The translations under genes were made by a program, and so were the position numbers. The notes beneath the pieces were generated by a model. That model did not search any database and was not told the DNA's origin. It saw only the letters and a list, made by a program, of their open reading frames with translations. A stretch of DNA of 63,503 nucleotides, counting the filler, from Octopus bimaculoides (Eukaryota): assembly GCF_001194135.2 (NCBI RefSeq). It is 5 parts of 5 records of this genome, joined end to end, with 100 filler letters (N's around TTAATTAATTAA, not from the genome) between each part and the next. Parts side by side here need not be neighbours in the genome. Positions count along the whole stretch, not along the records: positions 44,819 to 57,592 come from NC_068981.1; positions 57,693 to 61,539 come from NC_068983.1; positions 61,640 to 63,503 come from NC_068990.1; 2 more parts are not named here. One strand, 5' to 3'. Positions 56,871-63,503 of the stretch are shown piece by piece; the stretch's first letter is position 1, and every line of letters starts with the position of its first letter.

Positions 56871-57180
56871 AGGGTAAAAGAGTATACCATTGAAATTCTA
56901 AAGCTACAAGGTAAAGCATGATTAATTCAAACCAACGGGAATAAGTAAGCATTACTTTTGACAAAGAAATCTGAATGCTATGGAGTTAAACTAAACATTT
57001 TGCTCAATCTTTATTGAAGCATAAACTTATCAGTATTGGCAAACTTTAAAATTATTGACGTATATGCACACACGAGTAAGCACATAGATGCGAAACAAGG
57101 GGGAAAAAATAGTACTCGAATACCAAAGGTAGAGTAATATGCTTTTTTTTAATTATTGAAGCTGTAAAAACATCACAAAA

Positions 57181-57222
57181 AACTGTTACTCAGAGTTTCA
57201 CGCTCCCATTCATCAGACAGTT
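57181..57222 (-). ncRNA. Minimal type I hammerhead ribozyme, canonical core
   Basis: The minus strand reads aactgt CTGATGA atgggagcgt GAAAC tctga GTA acagtt: 6-bp stem I, short stem II, near-palindromic minimal stem III, GUA cleavage triplet. Confidence 0.85.
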
Positions 57223-57232
57223 GTGATCACAC

Positions 57233-57270
57233 CTGTCTGACAAACGGGTATGTGAAACTCTGAGTAACAG
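57233..57270 (+). ncRNA. Degenerate hammerhead ribozyme, head-to-head partner of 57181-57222
   Basis: ctgt CTGACAA acgggtatgt GAAAC tctga GTA acag; the core differs from CUGANGA at G8. Confidence 0.65.
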
Positions 57271-57456
57271 TTTTTTTGTGATGGTTTTACATTATATATG
57301 GAGTGACTGTGTGGTAAGTAGCTTGCTTACCAACCACATGGTTCTGGGTTCAGTCCCACTGCATGGCACCTTGGGCAAGTGTCTTCTACTATAGCCCCGG
57401 GCCGACCAAGGCCTTGTGAGTGGATTTGGTAGACGGAAACTGAGAAGAAGCCCGTC

Positions 57457-57495
<39 letters not shown>

Positions 57496-57692
57496 CATAA
57501 ATATATAGGGATTGACAGTAACCTGCTTCTCCAACATACTGAGAATTCAGAAATAGCAGTCAAAGAACTACTGATTTCAAAACTACAAATTANNNNNNNN
57601 NNNNNNNNNNNNNNNNNNNNNNNNNNNNNNNNNNNNTTAATTAATTAANNNNNNNNNNNNNNNNNNNNNNNNNNNNNNNNNNNNNNNNNNNN

Positions 57693-59690
57693 TGTGTGTG
57701 TGCGCGTGTGTGCGTGTGTGTGTGTGTTTGGCAACATGTCCATGTTTATACTATGTAACTTCGATCACGCCTCTTTCAATCTCATGTACTGTCTCTGCTT
57801 TTCTTTCAAACATTCAATTTTGGAGAGAAACGTTTGGTGAAATTTAGTTGCTTTGCTTTTCGGTATTGTGGATCGTCCCGTGCACATTTGTAAAAAGAAA
57901 AACTTTTGAATTTTCCGTCGCTGCATATTTCCAGATGCTTACTTAATGGAATCTTGCGTAATTCCTCTTTATCGGATATGTTACCATTAGATTCTTGCAT
58001 GTAGGCAGGGGGAACTATTTTGTTCACCAATGTAATTTTCTTTCCAGTTTGAGCAGGTAATGCAGTATATGAGGCTTTGTGTCTTGTTATATTGTCGTAT
58101 GTTTCACATTTATCTCCACGTTCTTTTACTAAAAATTCTCATTCATCCTCTGATACGGATTCTGCCATTGTGAGGAGTTTTTAAGATTATTCCCGTGGTG
58201 TCTGCTCTTCCGTAAGGTGTCTTTTTTTTCAATCGGGTTTTTCATTTTGGGGCTTTGTAGGAGTATAATTAATTAGATTTTATGGTGTGAAAGATGTTGG
58301 TTATTCGAGGACCGTGTGTGTTAACGAACGGAATCGTGTTTTAATTAACTTTTTCCTTAGTTTCCGTAGTTGGGTGATGTTCACTTTCATCGCCTTTTCA
58401 ATTCCCTCATTAATTAATCCTAAGGGGTATTTCTGGATTGCGAGGAAGCCTTTAACTCCGTTCATTGGACTTCATGTATAGTGGGGGTCAGTCACTATAG
58501 CACAGATGCATTTTGCCATACTGTATAGTATGTTTCTTTTGATGTGTGATGGATGGCAACTAGCAGAAACGTTAGCACGCCGGGCGAAATACTAAACGGT
58601 ATTTCGTCTGCAGTTATGTTCTGCGTTTAAGTTCCGCCGAGGTCGACTTTGCCATTCATCCTTTCGGGGTTGATGAATTAAGTACCAGTTTTGCACTGAG
58701 GTCGATGTAATCGAGTTAATTTCTTTGTCTGTCCTTGTTTGTCCCCTCTATGTTTAGCCCCTTGTGGGCAATAACGAAATAAGAGTAGAAATTTAAACAT
58801 TGGTGTGTGCCGGTATTTTTGTAAAATATCTCTGTTGTGACACTGGAGTTCTGTATTTTTGTGGATATCCAGGAATGGTAGTTCATTGCAACTGGATACT
58901 GTCATGAATTTGATTTATGGGTGAAGTGTGTTCGTTATATTGTTAGATCTTCATTCTATTTGTCGCTGAAGATGAAGCAATCATCAAGCAAGCGCTTCCA
59001 CTTTTTAATGATATTTTACTTGTACTCTCGATCAAAAGATTTTTCTCCTTCCTCATAAAGTGTTTCTTCCAAGTATCCCATAACTATGTTTGCATATGAG
59101 GGCACAAACCGTGTACCAATAGCCGTGCCCATTACCTTTTAAATCTGTCGAACGTTTTATTGTCGAATCTAAAGGTATTTTCTTATAGCAGTTGAAGCGT
59201 TCATTTAACTGTTCTCTATATTTCTCTACCCAGTGTTTCATTGCTTCTAGGCCTAAAATGTGAGGTATATTAGTATAGAGATTGGTGACATCAAACCTTG
59301 TGTGTATAGTATCTTCTGCAACAGTGGGAGGGATGTGTTGGATGAAATCTATGCCATCCCGTACGTAACTGGGTATTAAAGGGAACAAGGTTTTTAAGAG
59401 TATATCTAAAAAAATTACTTGGAACTACATTTCATCAAAAAATTCTCTCCAAAATTGAATGTCTGAAAGAAAAGCGGAGACAGTACATTTTGTAGGTGTC
59501 ATACTAATAATCTCTAATGCAAAATCCTGAAATTGAAAGAGGCGTGATCGAAGTTACATAGTATAAACATGGACATGTTCCCAAACACACAAACACACAT
59601 GCGCACACACACACGCACACACACATTCACGCACACACATACACACACGGACGCACATACGCACACACACACACGCACACACACACACAC
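57693..59690 (-). mobile_element. Penelope-like retroelement, 5'-truncated and decayed (RT + GIY-YIG-region fragments), with an inverted copy of its 3' end
   Basis: Minus-strand fragments: NFLDILLKTLFPLIPSYVRDGIDF, FDVTNLYTNIP, GTAIGTRFVPSYANIVMGYLEE, NELPFLDI, LNFYS/CHPSHIKRN, ENYIGE, RKIPLSKHLEICSDGKFK. Frameshifted and interrupted by a SINE. Confidence 0.88.
58556..58783 (+). mobile_element. SINE family C nested in the Penelope-like element
   Basis: The PLE frame LNFYS|CHPSHIKRN is split at this insertion. Confidence 0.87.
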
Positions 59691-59849
59691 ACACTTCATC
59701 AAGGAATTCTCCCCAAAGTTCAATGTTTGAAGGTAAAGTGAAGAATTTTCATTTTTTATTCCAAATGTGGCTCATCTCTACAAATGTTCATATAAATATA
59801 TATACATTTAGTAAATGGAGTAAAACGCATATGTTAACTGAATACTTTT

Positions 59850-59937
59850 ATTTCCAACATGCTTCGAAGATTACAAATTATACCTTCCATAGGAATAGGT
59901 GATGTTGATAAGAATGTAATCTTCTCTTCAGGGAAAT
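59850..59937 (-). ncRNA. Type I hammerhead ribozyme motif with one core substitution (A15.1 to G)
   Basis: The minus strand reads atttcc CTGAAGA gaagattaca [39-nt loop] tgtaatcttc GAAGC at GTT ggaaat, with a perfect 6-bp stem I and 10-bp stem II. Confidence 0.75.
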
Positions 59938-60231
59938 GCATGGGAACCAGCGTAAACGTAAGACATTTTAACCGAATATGAGAACTGTAGTTGGAGAAGG
60001 TTGAAATCTTTCAAACATACGTTGGAAATAGTAGTATTCAGTTAACATATGCGTTTTACTCCATTTACTAAATGTATATATACTCAAGTACCCAAAATAA
60101 CAAGGAGTTTCTACCTCATAAACAGGAGTTACACCAAAGTCATTTTGTGATCTTTGCTACCCTGGTATCTATTAATCAATTTATTTTGTCCGAGTTAATT
60201 ATTAACTAGGAGAAAATATATACATGTAATA

Positions 60232-60271
<40 letters not shown>

Positions 60272-61505
60272 GCGTGCGTGCGTGTATGTGTGTGGGTGTG
60301 TGTGTAGCATTGACATGTACTGAATTTACACAGAATGCCATGTGGTTTAACATACGCATTCTGTGCACAATGTGAATGAGTAATTTTAAACGCACTTCAT
60401 GGGCGTTTATTTACAAACATCTTCAAATGCTCTGCCTCAATACTGAAATTAATTAATATGCGGTGCTATGTCTTAATAAAAATTTATTCGTATGAATCAA
60501 AATAAAATTGACACCGGACATTCACGGAGGTTTTCGTTAGTAATTGAAAGTTATGCTCACTACCTTCGTGGAATGCATAACTTAACCAATGAAAAGATTT
60601 TACAGGCAAAATGGAACTTGTTACTTTCATCGTTTAGTTCACTGTTGTTCTTTATTCACACTGTGACAGGCAGTGATGATTATTCCCACAAATATGTACA
60701 TACATGTCTATTTATCGCATATATTAATTTCAAATTTTGGAACAAGGCCAGCAATTTCAACGTTTAGTCGATGTTGTCCTCAGTGCTCAACTGATACTCA
60801 TTTATTCGACCCCGAAAGAATAAAAATTTATGTCGACCACATCACAATCTGAACTCAGAACGCGAAGACAGAGACGAAGTACCGCAAAACATTTTGTACG
60901 GTGTGCTAATGATTCTGCCACCTCATCTCCTCATTCAGCACACATATTAAAAAGGTATACTGCTAGCCAATTTAGTAGCATTAATTATATGCATAACAAT
61001 ATAATTGCGTAATAAAAATAATTAAAATAAATAATGCATTTAACACCCAAGTGAAATACTTCTATGCAACAGAACGAATAAGAATATTTTACTGGTTAGT
61101 TTCATACGGAAATGAAATATCTGTACAAAGATCCCGAGTATCCCATAACTATTGAACTATTTATTGAATGATTTACCAGCAGACAATTGCACTTACACAA
61201 ACACACACACACATGCATACAGAGATTTATATATGAAGGTGCGTCTGTATATAAATATATTTATACATGCATATACATAAATGTATGCTTACACATATAT
61301 GTGTCTATATGTTTAGCTCACTTTCTCCATCGAATCAACGTTGCATGAATAGGTGCACAGTGTACCACGCGTCAAGTAACGAAGCGATTGTAGATCAATG
61401 TGATATGAAGAACAAAACAAATCAGCCGGTCTAAGAATCGGAACCACGTCGGAACAACGATCTCACGTCCGAGAGTGCAAATGTCTAAACACTAGGCCAT
61501 GCGCC

Positions 61506-61539
<34 letters not shown>

Positions 61540-61639
61540 NNNNNNNNNNNNNNNNNNNNNNNNNNNNNNNNNNNNNNNNNNNNTTAATTAATTAANNNNN
61601 NNNNNNNNNNNNNNNNNNNNNNNNNNNNNNNNNNNNNNN

Positions 61640-61674
<35 letters not shown>

Positions 61675-62111
61675 CACACATACACACATACATACATACA
61701 TAGATATCGCATTGTATTTCTTTTATTTATATGGTTCTGTTTTAGCTGTCTCTGAAAGACCATTAAAGTTGATTCTTTGATTGACACCACCATTGCTGCC
61801 TCCTAATTAATGTCTCCTGTCTGCTCCCTAGCAATCTCCATCTAAACCCTTACCCATTCTCAACTAAGAAACCCATCGAATCAATTGCAACTCCCTGCAG
61901 AATATATATATATATATTCACCTCCATAAATCATTACAGTCTTCAAAGTAAATCTCTCGTGTTTAATCCAATTTCTCCATTTTGTTTTGTTGAAATAGAA
62001 CTTTGTGTATAGAAACCCAAGACAGAACCATATATTTACAGTTTCAATAAGCTGTACATCTAGTGAAACTTTGAAATCATGATCTGTCTACTTATCTATT
62101 TATCTATCTAT

Positions 62112-62149
<38 letters not shown>

Positions 62150-62159
62150 ATCTATCATC

Positions 62160-63128
62160 ATCATCATCGTCGTTTAACGTCCGCTTTCCATGCTGGCATG
62201 GGTTGGACGGTTTAACTGAGAATTGGTGAACCAGAGACTGCACCAGGCTCCATTCTGATCTGGCAAAGTTTCTACAGCTGGATGCCCTTCCTAATTCCAA
62301 TCACTCCGAGAGTGTAGTGGGTGCTTTTACGTGGCACCGGCACGAGGGCCAGTCAGCCGGTACTGGCAACGGCCAGGCACGAAATGGTGTATTTTACGTG
62401 CCACCTGCACAAGGGCCAGTCGAGGGGCACTGGTAACGATCTCGCTTGGATATCTTACTGGCAAAGGCCACGCTCGAAATGGTGTATTATGTGTCACCTG
62501 CACAGGAGCCAGTCCATCGGTACTGGCAACAATCTCGCTCAAATGTCTTTTCACGATCAATCTGGTGCTATTTACGTGCCACCAGCACGGAAGCCAGACA
62601 GTTGCTCTGGCAACGATCACGCTCGGACGGTGCTCTTAGTGCTCCACTGGTACAAGTGCCATCATGATTTCACTTTCGCTTGCCTCAAAAGGTCTTCGCA
62701 AGCTGAGTTTAGTGTCCAATAAAGGAATGTCACGTGTAAGTGGGCTGGCTACACCCCTGGCAAGGGCCTTGGATTTTGGTCTCACTTGGCCTGCCGAGTC
62801 TTCTCACGCACAGCATATTTCCAAAGGTCACGGTCACAAGTCATTGCCTCGGTGAGGCCTAATGTTCAGAGGTTGTGCTTCACCACCACATCCCAGGTCT
62901 TCCTAAGCCTGCCTCTTCCACGGGTTCCCTCAACCGCTAGGGTGTGGCACTTTTTCATGCAGCTATCCTCATCCATTCTCACCACATGTCTATTGCCAGT
63001 GCAATTATCTCTCTTGCACACCACAACTAATGCTTCTTATGTTCAACTTTTCTCTTAAGATACTTATGCTCTGTCGGGGATGCACACTGACATTACTCAT
63101 CCATCGGAGCATACTGGCTTCGTTTCCT
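62160..63128 (-). mobile_element. RTE-clade LINE 3' end (ORF C-terminus, repeat-containing 3' UTR, (GAT)n tail)
   Basis: The minus strand encodes RNEASMLRWMSNV...HVVRMDEDSCMKKC...EGTRGRGRLRKTW...DRDLWKYAVREKTRQAK* (stop 62782-62784). A UTR follows, ending in aaacgacgatgatgatg. Confidence 0.85.
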
Positions 63129-63503
63129 GCGAGCTTATCTATCTATTCTGCTTATGATTGTAAAGTCATGAGCTCAATTCCCAGCGATGCAATGCGTCCT
63201 TAAGCAAACACTTTATTTCACATTACTTCAGTTCAATCAGCCAACAAAAATGATTAGCACCATTTTTTTCAAAGTGGCCAACCATATCCCATCCTGTGTG
63301 TCACAGTGAATCTCCCTGAGAACTACGTTAAGGGTACACATGTCTGTGGAATGCTCAGCCACTTGCATGTTTATTTCATAAACAGGCTGTTCTGCTGATT
63401 GTATCAACTGGAACCCTCAATGTCATAACTAACGGAGTGCCAGTTAGGTATATATATATACATATATGTATGTATATGTATGTATATATATATGTATGTA
63501 TGT

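Overview
AT-rich, repeat-dense eukaryotic DNA, most likely a coleoid cephalopod such as Octopus (inferred from the SINE families and microsatellites), with many N gaps. Only one host gene is recognisable: a + strand Groucho/TLE co-repressor. Thirteen GT-AG exons (27103-43911) join in frame into 489 codons covering the CcN and SP regions and nearly all of the WD40 propeller. The N-terminal Q/GP exons and the last exon were not found. The rest is tRNA-head SINEs (three main families, here A, B and C), RTE-clade LINE fragments, a Penelope-like element (PLE), a probable R4/Dong 3' end, mariner and hAT MITEs, a decayed transposase, and mini/microsatellites. The most striking signal lies at 57.1-60.1 kb. 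Two separate fold-back units each carry head-to-head minimal type I hammerhead ribozyme motifs, one with a fully canonical core, and they bracket a 5'-truncated PLE capped by an inverted copy of its own 3' end. Also notable: an inverted SINE pair around two groucho exons totalling 246 nt (possible circRNA or editing substrate), a candidate microexon, and a CpG-depleted domain over the gene. Repeat boundaries are approximate; exon boundaries were counted base by base. No database searches were run.
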